Below are positions 1-8,678 of a stretch of DNA of 64,000 bases, piece by piece. How positions within the stretch are numbered: position 1 is the stretch's first letter; each line of letters starts with the position of its first letter. The notes beneath the pieces are model-generated. The model was not told where the DNA came from and searched no databases. It saw nothing but the letters and a program-made list of their open reading frames with translations. A program made the position numbers and the translations under genes. The stretch is from Oceanispirochaeta sp. (GTDB lineage Bacteria; Spirochaetota; Spirochaetia; DSM-2461), in contig CAXXOA010000002.1 in assembly GCA_963666275.2 (NCBI GenBank), positions 352,001 through 416,000 of the forward strand, read 5' to 3'.

Positions 1-159
1 CACAAGCAGAAAAGTGATCATCTTGAAGGATGGAGAGGATTCGGGAGTAACCAGAAGGTTAGCCCCGAAGAGAAAAATAAGAAAAAACCCGATCATCAGA
101 AAAATATTCAGTACGGTTCCGCCCAGCATAAACAGGACAGTGTTAATTTTTCTATTCAC
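1..159 (-). CDS. Small membrane protein, partial (runs off window edge)
   Basis: GTG at 159 overlaps the lspA end; open frame MNRKINTVLFMLAGTVLNIFLMIGFFLIFLFG... is hydrophobic; not in the ORF track. Confidence 0.65.
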   Translation of the reverse strand, partial: MNRKINTVLFMLGGTVLNIFLMIGFFLIFLFGANLLVTPESSPSFKMITFLLV

Positions 160-664
160 CCTTTTTCCCCTTGAGCCAGAGGCTGATAAATAAAAGGATT
201 CCACAGACAACAATGGCTGAATCGGCCACATTAAATGTGGGAAACCTCTCCATACCCAGAAATCCGTAAAATCTGAAATCCAGAAAATCCACAACCCCGT
301 CGGGTCTGAAAATCCGGTCGATCAGATTTCCCAGACCGCCGCCGACGATCCCCCCCAGACAGAATTTCTGCAGGACCGACTCTTCTCTGGAATGGATCGT
401 ATAATAGGCCAGGTATCCCAGTATCAGCAGAGGCAGAATAATAAAAAGAATAATTCTGAGAAAACCCGGGAGCTGATCTCCCATACTGAAGGCGACACCT
501 GTGTTTTTGACAAAAATAAGGCGAAAAAAATCATTCCACACAGAGAGTGCGACTGATCTGTAGGGAATGAACATGACAACAAGAGCTTTTGTTATCTGAT
601 CTACGAGTATAATCCCCCCGGCGAGTAGCAGAGGGGAGTATTTTTTCAGGGATTTTTCTGACAT
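152..664 (-). CDS. lspA: Lipoprotein signal peptidase II
   Basis: DQITK, NTGVAFS, GNLIDR, VVDF and FNVAD motifs. Confidence 0.97.
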   Translation of the reverse strand: MSEKSLKKYSPLLLAGGIILVDQITKALVVMFIPYRSVALSVWNDFFRLIFVKNTGVAFSMGDQLPGFLRIILFIILPLLILGYLAYYTIHSREESVLQKFCLGGIVGGGLGNLIDRIFRPDGVVDFLDFRFYGFLGMERFPTFNVADSAIVVCGILLFISLWLKGKKGE

Positions 665-676
665 GTCACCACAATA

Positions 677-1438
677 TCAGAGTCCTGTGGGAACATCAAT
701 AAAAACTGTTTCCAACTCCAGTTCATTACGGACCTTTTCCATCACAGCCTTCACACCGGTGGTCTCCGTCAGATAGTGGCCGCCGAAAAGGACATTGATC
801 CCCGCTTCCAGACTCTGATGATAGATCGTATGAGCGGCATCTCCCGTTATATACAGATCCAGCCCCAGGGCGATAGCCTCTTCTACTTCTTTTGCTCCCC
901 CACCGGAGATCATTCCAACGGTTCTGATCTTGTCGGGACCGAAGGGCAGAATTTTTACGGACTGATCCCACCCTCCAAAGAGTTTCATTACAAGATCATC
1001 CCTTTTAATCGGTTCCGGCAGGACGCCTTTCACGCCGATTTTGGTCCCCTTGTATTCTCCAAACCCTTCCTGCTCTACCAGGCCGAGGATGTTTGCCAAC
1101 CCCGCATTATTCCCCCAGAGGGGATGCATATCCAGAGGCAGGTGGACGGCATACAGAGCCAGATTGTTCCTGATCAGAGTTTCTACACGGGAATAGTGGT
1201 CTCCTGTCACCGCCAGGGGCTTTCCCCAGAAAAGACCGTGATGTACAAAAAGGAGATCAGCCTTTTCCTCCGCCGCTTTTTTAAAAGTAGCCAGACAGGC
1301 ATCCACTGCAAAGGCTATCTTTTTTACTTCCCTTTCAGCCTCTCCCACCTGCAGTCCGTTCATTGAAAAATCACGGCCTTCCATAAGATCGATATCCAGA
1401 AAAGACCGGCACCAGTCATCAAATTTTTTTATATTCAT
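677..1438 (-). CDS. Nif3-like dinuclear metal-centre protein (DUF34)
   Basis: NGLQV, VHHGLFW, HLPLDMHP and GHYLTE motifs. Confidence 0.93.
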   Translation of the reverse strand: MNIKKFDDWCRSFLDIDLMEGRDFSMNGLQVGEAEREVKKIAFAVDACLATFKKAAEEKADLLFVHHGLFWGKPLAVTGDHYSRVETLIRNNLALYAVHLPLDMHPLWGNNAGLANILGLVEQEGFGEYKGTKIGVKGVLPEPIKRDDLVMKLFGGWDQSVKILPFGPDKIRTVGMISGGGAKEVEEAIALGLDLYITGDAAHTIYHQSLEAGINVLFGGHYLTETTGVKAVMEKVRNELELETVFIDVPTGL

Positions 1439-1494
1439 TTCTTAATTCTAAATAAAAAAGTGAAGAAAATCGAGACTCATTTTTAATCGTTTGC

Positions 1495-1522
1495 TTGACA
1501 ATAAAAGAAGTGAGACTATAAT
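1495..1522 (+). promoter_or_regulatory. sigma70-type promoter for the HDOD gene
   Basis: TTGACA-N16-TATAAT, both hexamers consensus. Confidence 0.7.
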
Positions 1523-1570
1523 TTTAATATGCTATAAAAAGTATACTTTTGCAAAAATTAAGGACTAACC

Positions 1571-3049
1571 ATGCCCTCTACCGACATATCCGAAAAAATT
1601 AAAATTGCGATACAGAAATCAGTCCCTGTAACCATTACCACCTATAAGCTGAATCATGACACGGAAGTCTATGTAGAGGAAATCCTTAGCATATACCTGA
1701 AGGAGCTCGGTCAGGAAGCTCTGATCGACCGTTTGGCCTACTGTCTGAAAGAACTTGCGGTGAATGCCAAAAAAGCCAACACGAAAAGGGTCTATTTTGA
1801 AGAGAAAGGTTTGAGTCTCAACAGCAAAGAAGACTATGCCGAAGGCATGAAACACTTCAAGACAGAAACAATGGATCATATTGATCACTATCTTGAGCTG
1901 CAGAAGAAGCAGGGCCTTTACGTAAAAATTTCTTTTCACACCTTCAGTTCCAATTTCCGTATTTCCATCAGAAACAATGTGGAAATCAACAGAAAGGAAC
2001 AGATGAGGATTTACGACAGGATTGCCCGTTCACGGGCCTTTGACAGCATGGAAGAGGCTTTTTCTGAAGTTCTTGACGACTCGGAAGGAGCCGGACTGGG
2101 AATTGTAATCCTTATTCTGATGCTTAAAAAAATGGGGCTCGATGAAGAGTCTTTTGAAATTGAAGGGGAAAACGGCGAAACCACAGCATCTCTGACTATC
2201 CCCATTTCAGATATCAAACTGGAAGAGATGGATCTGCTGACCTCCCGGATTGTCAACGAGATAGACGCCCTGCCCCAGTTCCCCGAAAATATCACTGTGA
2301 TTCAGCAGCTTATCAATGATCCCGATTCGGATATCAACGAAATTGCCCGCCGGATCAGTACCGACCCCTCTCTGACCGCAGACCTTTTACGGGTTGTCAA
2401 TTCAGCTCAGTTCATGCTCCCCAACAGGGTGGATAATATTGCGGATGCTGTAAAAATGGTTGGTCTGAGAGGACTGAAGAACCTCCTCTACTCCTACGGA
2501 TCAGAAAAGATCCTGAACCTTCCCCAGAAAAAAGAGCTCTGGGATCATGCTCACAGGACAGCCTTCTACGCCTTCAACCTGGCCAGGAATGTGAGGCTCA
2601 AGAAAGATTTTATCGATGATGCCTACGTGGGTGGAATCCTTCATGATATGGGAAAGATTGTTTTTTCAAGCATCCATCCGGAGCTTCTTGAAAAAATCAA
2701 AGGATTTTCTTCAGAGAAACAGCTCTCTTCCGGCCTTTTTGAAGATCTGGCGGGAGGCTACAATCATGCTGAGATCGGAGCCAAAATTGCAGAAAAGTGG
2801 AATTTTTCCCAATCCCTGATAGAAGCGATCCGGTATCATCACGAACCCAATCAGAGCACTCCGGAATTCCGGAAGGTTGTCTATTGTGTCTATCTGGCAA
2901 ATGCCCTCTGCGATCTGGAAAAAGAGTTCATCAGCTATGAACAGCTGGATGCCAATGCTCTGAAATTCTTCAGAATCACATCCGAGGATCAGCTGGATAC
3001 CATAAGGGACAGACTGTCTCAGGCGTTCATGACAGAACTCATGGTTTAA
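1571..3049 (+). CDS. HDOD-domain signalling protein with N-terminal HATPase-like domain
   Basis: ELAVNA and EGAGLG boxes in the N-half; LPQFP, DPSLTADLLRVVNSA, LHDMGK, HAEIGA and IRYHH in the C-half. Confidence 0.85.
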   Translation: MPSTDISEKIKIAIQKSVPVTITTYKLNHDTEVYVEEILSIYLKELGQEALIDRLAYCLKELAVNAKKANTKRVYFEEKGLSLNSKEDYAEGMKHFKTETMDHIDHYLELQKKQGLYVKISFHTFSSNFRISIRNNVEINRKEQMRIYDRIARSRAFDSMEEAFSEVLDDSEGAGLGIVILILMLKKMGLDEESFEIEGENGETTASLTIPISDIKLEEMDLLTSRIVNEIDALPQFPENITVIQQLINDPDSDINEIARRISTDPSLTADLLRVVNSAQFMLPNRVDNIADAVKMVGLRGLKNLLYSYGSEKILNLPQKKELWDHAHRTAFYAFNLARNVRLKKDFIDDAYVGGILHDMGKIVFSSIHPELLEKIKGFSSEKQLSSGLFEDLAGGYNHAEIGAKIAEKWNFSQSLIEAIRYHHEPNQSTPEFRKVVYCVYLANALCDLEKEFISYEQLDANALKFFRITSEDQLDTIRDRLSQAFMTELMV

Positions 3050-3101
3050 CTCTCTTACATTCAGATTCCAGGCCTTTTTTCAAAAAACAGAATCTTATGA
3101 A

Positions 3102-3130
3102 TTGACATCACAAAACATTACTATTATATT
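3102..3130 (+). promoter_or_regulatory. sigma70-type promoter for the glutaredoxin gene
   Basis: TTGACA-N17-TATATT; AAGGAG SD before ATG 3168. Confidence 0.6.
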
Positions 3131-3167
3131 ATATATACATTTTCATATATAAGGAGATTATATAGAT

Positions 3168-3398
3168 ATGGCTGTCACAATTTATTCCACTCCGTCCTGC
3201 GGATACTGCAATATGGCAAAAGATTATTTTAAAAAGAACAGCATTCCCTTCACTGACTTTAATGTGGCCACTGATCCCGCCAAAGCGGAAGAGATGGTTA
3301 AGAAATCAGGTCAGATGGGAGTTCCCGTCATTGATGTAAATGGAAGAATTATCGTCGGATTCAATCAGGGTGCCATAGAATCAGCTCTTAAACGCTGA
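3168..3398 (+). CDS. Glutaredoxin (NrdH/YruB-like)
   Basis: CGYC active site, GVPVI, IVGF. Confidence 0.92.
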   Translation: MAVTIYSTPSCGYCNMAKDYFKKNSIPFTDFNVATDPAKAEEMVKKSGQMGVPVIDVNGRIIVGFNQGAIESALKR

Positions 3399-4179
3399 GT
3401 CTCTGAACCCACCGGTTCATAACCACACCAAATGCCACAGAGACATTAAGAGACCCTTTCCAACCATAAAGAGAAATTGAGGCTCTCCCGAGAGACCGGT
3501 CAGCAAGACTGAGACATTCGGGAGAGACCCCGACTTCTTCAGACCCTAAAACAAGAATCCCTTTTTCAGGGAATTGAAAAGTTTCCACAGGAGTTCCGCC
3601 TAGTTCCAGAGCAAAAACAGGGCGGTTCAGATTCATAAGTTCCTGATAATCCATCCGGCGCCAGGGCAGCTTTTCAACACAGCCCATGGAAGTCCTTTCT
3701 GCCCGGGGATGAAGAGGATCCGCTGTACCGGGAGAAAGATAGACTTCACTCACCCCCATACTCTCGGCCGTCCTGAAAATGGACCCCACATTGAAGGGAG
3801 AGCGGATCTCATCAAGATATACGGAGACTCCGGAAAAACAGATCCTCTCACCCTCTCCGGATTGATCCCCGGGGTGTATAAAATCCCAGTCGGCCTGGGA
3901 AATTTCCAGCTGATTTAGCAGAGAATGTCTCAGAGAATTGACTCCCCGCCTGAGGGCTGTACTGTCAGAGCCAAAACTCTGCCTCAGCTTGCGGACCTGT
4001 TCGCGTACCGGTTCTGATAGATCGGGATCCTCGGTCATACCCGTAAGAAGCCCCGAAAAATAACCATCCTCTGACCGGACCTCATTGAGAAGAGACTTTT
4101 CCCACTCCTCCAGAAGGCGTACAACTTTTCTGAGTCTTGTTCCGGTTTTGAGAGTATATAGTTTTTTGACTGTAATCAT
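3388..4179 (-). CDS. TrmH/SpoU family RNA 2'-O-methyltransferase
   Basis: PFNVGSIFRTA, LGSEEVGV and SLNVSVA SPOUT motifs. Confidence 0.9.
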   Translation of the reverse strand: MITVKKLYTLKTGTRLRKVVRLLEEWEKSLLNEVRSEDGYFSGLLTGMTEDPDLSEPVREQVRKLRQSFGSDSTALRRGVNSLRHSLLNQLEISQADWDFIHPGDQSGEGERICFSGVSVYLDEIRSPFNVGSIFRTAESMGVSEVYLSPGTADPLHPRAERTSMGCVEKLPWRRMDYQELMNLNRPVFALELGGTPVETFQFPEKGILVLGSEEVGVSPECLSLADRSLGRASISLYGWKGSLNVSVAFGVVMNRWVQRLSV

Positions 4180-5307
4180 TTACCAGCTGTCTTTGAGGAT
4201 CTGAAAAAGCTGATCCACCGTGATTCCCCCGATTTCCAGGCGGCTCATCATTTTACCGGTGGTTTCAGCGGCCACAGCCAGCTGATCCATAGGGATTCCG
4301 ATACTCCTCAGCTGCGAGGGCATAGAGTAAAATCCAATGGCTTCCCGGATCCCTTCAACAAGATCCTCCGGCCGGTCCGGTTTGTCATCCAGGCCTTTGA
4401 GAGATCCCAGAAACTCCTTCATTTCATTGTAGGAGGTCTCCATCAGATACTCCAGGATATAGGGAAGCATGACCATGGAGACGACAGAACGGGCGACCTG
4501 AAAGTGTCCGCTCACAGAGTGCACCAGCAGCCCGGGCCAGAAGAAACTGACTTCATCCTGGGCCAGAGAGGTCAGAAAGCCTGCCTCGGAAAGGGAAACC
4601 ACAAGACTGAGATCCCATTTTTTTATCAGTTGTTCTCTCACGGGCCAGAATTTTTCAAATGCCCCTCGGCTGTGAGCCCCTGTCAGAAAAGATCTCCTGG
4701 GGTGAATGACCGCCGTAAGGCTGAACAGAAGCATTTCAAAGTAGAGGGGAATCCTGTATCTTTCGGGCATTCCCAGCGAAAGAGCGGGATCCTGAATCAT
4801 GGTATCGGCGAAATGGCGTTCTCCCCTTACCATTGTTGTCAAAAGTCCGCGGCTTTCTGTCAGGGGAAAACAGCTCTGGAGCAGATAGGGTGTCCAGAAA
4901 GGAGTGGGAATTTCCACGTAGGGAAGACAGTTATCCTGTGTCAGCCCCTCCGCAAAAAGTGTATCCGGGTGAAGATTACCGGGAAGGGAGGCGGCAACCG
5001 CTCTGGCAACCGAAAGGATCTGGCTGCCTCCGAACCCTATGATCGATTCCACATAGCTGCCTTTGGCCAGGTTGATACAGGTTTCGATGGTAAAGGAGGT
5101 TCCGTGCTGTACTTCTTCGTTGAAAAGAATGGTTTTGGCTCCGTGCGATTCCAGAAGCCCCTGAAGTTTCCACAAGGGATCTTTAAGCCGGGAATCTGCA
5201 ATGATGAGAACCCTGTTTCCCAGGCGGTTGATCTCAATGCCGGCCCGGTTGATCTCATTGATTCCCATAATTATTTTTGATGGAATTCTAAAAAAAAGTT
5301 CTGCCAC
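4180..5307 (-). CDS. Iron-containing alcohol dehydrogenase-fold protein (degenerate)
   Basis: FRIPSKIIMG N-terminus, IIGFGG, EIPT, DPALS, MPSQLRSIGI; GTG start; metal-ligand motifs altered. Confidence 0.7.
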   Translation of the reverse strand: MAELFFRIPSKIIMGINEINRAGIEINRLGNRVLIIADSRLKDPLWKLQGLLESHGAKTILFNEEVQHGTSFTIETCINLAKGSYVESIIGFGGSQILSVARAVAASLPGNLHPDTLFAEGLTQDNCLPYVEIPTPFWTPYLLQSCFPLTESRGLLTTMVRGERHFADTMIQDPALSLGMPERYRIPLYFEMLLFSLTAVIHPRRSFLTGAHSRGAFEKFWPVREQLIKKWDLSLVVSLSEAGFLTSLAQDEVSFFWPGLLVHSVSGHFQVARSVVSMVMLPYILEYLMETSYNEMKEFLGSLKGLDDKPDRPEDLVEGIREAIGFYSMPSQLRSIGIPMDQLAVAAETTGKMMSRLEIGGITVDQLFQILKDSW

Positions 5308-5490
5308 CCTCTACTCCAGTAAAACAACTGTGCTGCTGCAGGATCAAAGATCCCCTTCGTACAATCCTGAAAGGTGAGTTTTTATCTGACGCCGGGCAAT
5401 GACACTACCGGCAGCGTTGTGTAGCTTGTCTACATGAGCCGTCCGGACAGGAAATTGATACGCCATCAGGATCAAAGAACCCGTTCAGGT

Positions 5491-5524
5491 AAAAAAAAGA
5501 CAGGATTATTTAAAAACCCTGTCT
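5491..5524 (-). terminator. Intrinsic terminator after flgM
   Basis: AGACAGG/CCTGTCT stem followed by T8 on the minus strand. Confidence 0.65.
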
Positions 5525-5545
5525 GAAATATACTACGAATACTCT

Positions 5546-5830
5546 TTAAATTCCAAAAAGATCCATCAGCTTGTCTGCGACTGAATTGACAACCGTGTCG
5601 TTAATATAATTGGGATCCTGCAATTTCGCTTTTACTTCGGCAATTCTATCTTCACGAACATCGGGAGCAGTCTTAACAGTTTCCATGGCCTGAAAAAGTT
5701 CTGCGCTTTTTCTAGCTTCCAGTGAAACATCTACAGAGTCAGCTTTTTCTTTGTTTTCAACCCGCGCCGTTTTCTCAGTTTTATTGTACCGGGATAACGG
5801 ATCAATCGGACCAATTCTATCTATCGTCAT
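5546..5830 (-). CDS. flgM: Anti-sigma28 factor FlgM
   Basis: DSVDVS and PDVREDRIAEVKAKL...Y...VADKL signature; 94 aa; sigma28-like promoter upstream. Confidence 0.88.
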   Translation of the reverse strand: MTIDRIGPIDPLSRYNKTEKTARVENKEKADSVDVSLEARKSAELFQAMETVKTAPDVREDRIAEVKAKLQDPNYINDTVVNSVADKLMDLFGI

Positions 5831-5857
5831 GTCAGCTCCTTTGCTCTCCTATATTTA

Positions 5858-5884
5858 ATATCGACACGCCTGCTATAATATTAA
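5858..5884 (-). promoter_or_regulatory. sigma28 (FliA)-type promoter for flgM
   Basis: Minus strand TTAA-N15-GTCGATAT versus consensus TAAA-N15-GCCGATAA. Confidence 0.6.
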
Positions 5885-6561
5885 CCTTTTTTCTCTCCGG
5901 AAACAAGTAAAGCAAACTCCCCTTTTACATGATTTTGCGTTTCCAGATGATTAATTAACATATCGGCAGTTCCCTCGGGATATTCTTCAAATTTTTTTGT
6001 CATTTCTCTTCCGAGGAGACAAATTCTTTCAGAATCCAGTTCTGCGAGCTCCTGAAGAAGTTTGATGATCCTGTAGGGAGACTCGTAAACCATAAAAGTC
6101 TCCTCAGATTCGAGGAGCTGTGACAGCCTTTTTTTTCTTTTTCCCGATTTCTGGGGAAGGAAGCCCTCAAAATGGAAGGATTTACCCGGGAATCCGGAAA
6201 CGCTGACCAGAGCTGTAAAAGCCGAGACACCCGGTACGGGCAGGACTGTATACCCCGCATCCCGGACTGTCCTTATAAGGATCTTCCCGGGATCGCTCAT
6301 AACCGGTGTTCCCGCATCTGAAACATAGGCCACATCATTGCCTTCCTCCAGAAGCTTGAGGATACCCGGGGCACTCTGCTTTTCATTCCGTGCCCGGCAG
6401 CTTATGAGATGCTTTTTTATTCCATAATGGTTTAAAACCTTGGCGGACTCTCTTGTATCCTCGCAGGCAATGACATCCACTGCCTTGAGAATCTCCACGG
6501 CCCGGTAGGTCATATCCTGTAAATTTCCGATAGGCGTTGCCACCATATATAATGTTGCCAT
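5881..6561 (-). CDS. rsmI: 16S rRNA C1402 2'-O-methyltransferase
   Basis: LYMVATPIGNLQD, CEDTR, VSDAGTP..SDPG, YESPYR, REMTKKFE. Confidence 0.96.
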   Translation of the reverse strand: MATLYMVATPIGNLQDMTYRAVEILKAVDVIACEDTRESAKVLNHYGIKKHLISCRARNEKQSAPGILKLLEEGNDVAYVSDAGTPVMSDPGKILIRTVRDAGYTVLPVPGVSAFTALVSVSGFPGKSFHFEGFLPQKSGKRKKRLSQLLESEETFMVYESPYRIIKLLQELAELDSERICLLGREMTKKFEEYPEGTADMLINHLETQNHVKGEFALLVSGEKKG

Positions 6562-6619
6562 AGAATAGATGGTATTATGAATCGGGCTTCTTGGCTAGCT
6601 CAGTTCTGGGAGGAAGGAT

Positions 6620-7036
6620 CTGTTCGCTGAAATTTCAATTATTATCCTGCTGACGGGAGTTCTGGTTTTTCTGATTTTCTCAACAATCCGTAAAAAGGAC
6701 AGGGAATATTATGAACCTGAGTTTGACAGCCTTCTTCCCGAGGGGGAACAGACAACGGAATGTCCCCTCTGCGGGCGGGGCCTGAGACGGGGAGAACGGG
6801 TTCATTCGGTGATCTATTCCCAGGGAGAGGACAGGCTTATGAATATTTTCGGCTGCCCCTGGTGCTATCCGGCCCACCCTGCCGGATACCATCCTCCCGG
6901 AAGAGACCGGTCCTGTCCCTCCTGCAAAACGCCCCTTAAAGACGGCAGCTTTGCTGTTGCCAGGGTATTCGAAAGGCCGGGGAAAAAGATCCATGTTCAT
7001 GTCCTGGGCTGTCCCGTCTGCCGAAACAGCCGCTGA
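6620..7036 (+). CDS. Membrane-anchored protein with four CxxC motifs (probable CTG start)
   Basis: Frame of track ORF 6809-7036 stays open back to about 6599; GGAGG at 6609-6613 then in-frame CTG at 6620; N-terminal TM helix; CPLC, CPWC, CPSC, CPVC. Confidence 0.7.
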   Translation: MFAEISIIILLTGVLVFLIFSTIRKKDREYYEPEFDSLLPEGEQTTECPLCGRGLRRGERVHSVIYSQGEDRLMNIFGCPWCYPAHPAGYHPPGRDRSCPSCKTPLKDGSFAVARVFERPGKKIHVHVLGCPVCRNSR

Positions 7037-7037
7037 G

Positions 7038-7349
7038 ATGGAGAATCCCGAAAGCTTTACAGACAGGGTAAGGGCTGTGATAAAACAGGTACCCTACGGC
7101 AGGGTTGTCAGCTACGGCAGGGTTGCCGTCCTCTCAGGCTCACCCCGCAGTGCACGGCAGGTGGCCTGGATCCTGTCCCGGGACAGTGAAAAATTCGATC
7201 TGCCCTGGCACCGTGTGATTAATGCTTCAGGCAGAATATCCCTTCCCGGCAGATCCGGAGATCTCCAGAAGGCTCTTCTGGAGGCGGAAGGGATCGTATT
7301 CTCTCCTTCCGGGACAGTCTCGCTGAAAAAATTCGGCTGGTCAGCCTGA
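7038..7349 (+). CDS. MGMT family alkyltransferase-like (ATL) protein
   Basis: VPYGRVVSYG, ARQV and PWHRV (Trp replacing the catalytic Cys, typical of ATL); ATG 7038 follows the upstream stop. Confidence 0.88.
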   Translation: MENPESFTDRVRAVIKQVPYGRVVSYGRVAVLSGSPRSARQVAWILSRDSEKFDLPWHRVINASGRISLPGRSGDLQKALLEAEGIVFSPSGTVSLKKFGWSA

Positions 7350-7391
7350 CCTGTTGGACAGCCCCGCAATTTCTCTGATATTCTAGGCCCT

Positions 7392-8675
7392 ATGAGTACG
7401 GTGACAATTCCGGGGATATCCCCGGACAGAAAGACAACAGGTCTGAAAGGGAGCCTCAGGATTCCCGCTTCAAAATCCCACACAATACGAGCACTGCTTA
7501 TAGGCTCTTTTGCAGATTCTCCCAGCAGGATAGACTTTCCCCTTTATTCGGAAGATACCAGGTCCTGCCTGAAGGCCTGCCGCACACTGGGTGCGGAGAT
7601 TGAGGAAACAGACCGGGGCTGGAATATCATCAAACCTGTCTCCCGGGAAACAGCTCAGTCCGAAGCCTTTATCGATACAGGCAATTCAGGAACAACCCTC
7701 TACCTCATAACAGCCATGGCGGCGCTGCTGGACAGAACCGTCCGGTTTGACGGGGATGATCAGATCCGCAGCCGCTCTGCGGCAAACCTGCTCAATGCCC
7801 TGAAAGATCTGGGAGCCGGAGTGACTGCTTCGGAGAATGGTTGTGCCCCCTACACGATTCAGGGGCCTATGACCGGTGGAGAGACTTCTGTGGAATGCCC
7901 GACAAGCCAGTATCTCTCAGCCCTGCTTCTGTCTCTGCCTCTTCTGAAGGAGGGACAGTCCAGCCTGGTGAAGGTCCCCCTCCTGATGGAAAAACCCTAT
8001 GTGGAAATGACCCTCCGCTGGATGGAGGAACAGGGGATAAACCTAGAAAACCGTAATTTCAGTGAGTTTCTCATTCCCGGAGGGCAAAGGTACAAAGGAT
8101 TCACAAGAGCTATCCCTTCGGACTTCTCCTCAGCCACATTCTTTCTCTGCGCCGCCGCCATCACAGGCTCCTCACTGACTTTTGAAGGGCTTGATATGAC
8201 AGACAGCCAGGGAGACAAGGCTGTGATTCCCATGCTGGAAGAGATGGGATGTTCCTATCGAGTGGACGGCGAAACCCTCCACTTTTCAGGAGCGCCGCTC
8301 AAAGGAACAGTCCTTGATCTGAACGATACCCCCGATGCCCTTCCCGCCCTGGCGGCAGCAGCCTGCTTTGCCTCGGGCGAAACCCATATAACCAATGTCC
8401 CCCAGGCCAGGATGAAAGAGACCGACCGGATTGCCGTTATGACAGAAGAACTCAGAAAAATGGGGGCGGATATAACAGAGCTGCCAGACGGCATGATCAT
8501 CCGACCATCGAAACTGAAAGGAGCCTCTGTAAAAGGACACGGAGATCACAGGGTGGTAATGGCCTTGAGCATTGCGGCCCTCATGGCGGAAGGAGAGACG
8601 ACAATTGATACGGCAGAAGCCGTGGATATTACCTTCCCCGGCTTTTTTCCCCTGCTGGAATCCCTGAGAGAATAG
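7392..8675 (+). CDS. aroA: EPSP synthase
   Basis: PASKSHTIR, GNSGTT, SQYLSALL, RMKETDRI, DHRVVM. Confidence 0.96.
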   Translation: MSTVTIPGISPDRKTTGLKGSLRIPASKSHTIRALLIGSFADSPSRIDFPLYSEDTRSCLKACRTLGAEIEETDRGWNIIKPVSRETAQSEAFIDTGNSGTTLYLITAMAALLDRTVRFDGDDQIRSRSAANLLNALKDLGAGVTASENGCAPYTIQGPMTGGETSVECPTSQYLSALLLSLPLLKEGQSSLVKVPLLMEKPYVEMTLRWMEEQGINLENRNFSEFLIPGGQRYKGFTRAIPSDFSSATFFLCAAAITGSSLTFEGLDMTDSQGDKAVIPMLEEMGCSYRVDGETLHFSGAPLKGTVLDLNDTPDALPALAAAACFASGETHITNVPQARMKETDRIAVMTEELRKMGADITELPDGMIIRPSKLKGASVKGHGDHRVVMALSIAALMAEGETTIDTAEAVDITFPGFFPLLESLRE

Positions 8676-8678
8676 CCC

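Noticed and set aside
5312..5466. Possible selenocysteine read-through of the TGA ending the 40-codon ORF
   Set aside because: No redox motif context and no recognisable SECIS-like hairpin after the TGA
7093..7126. Tandem CTACGGCAGGGTTG repeat
   Set aside because: It encodes YGRV twice within the normal MGMT/ATL motif; not a DNA repeat element
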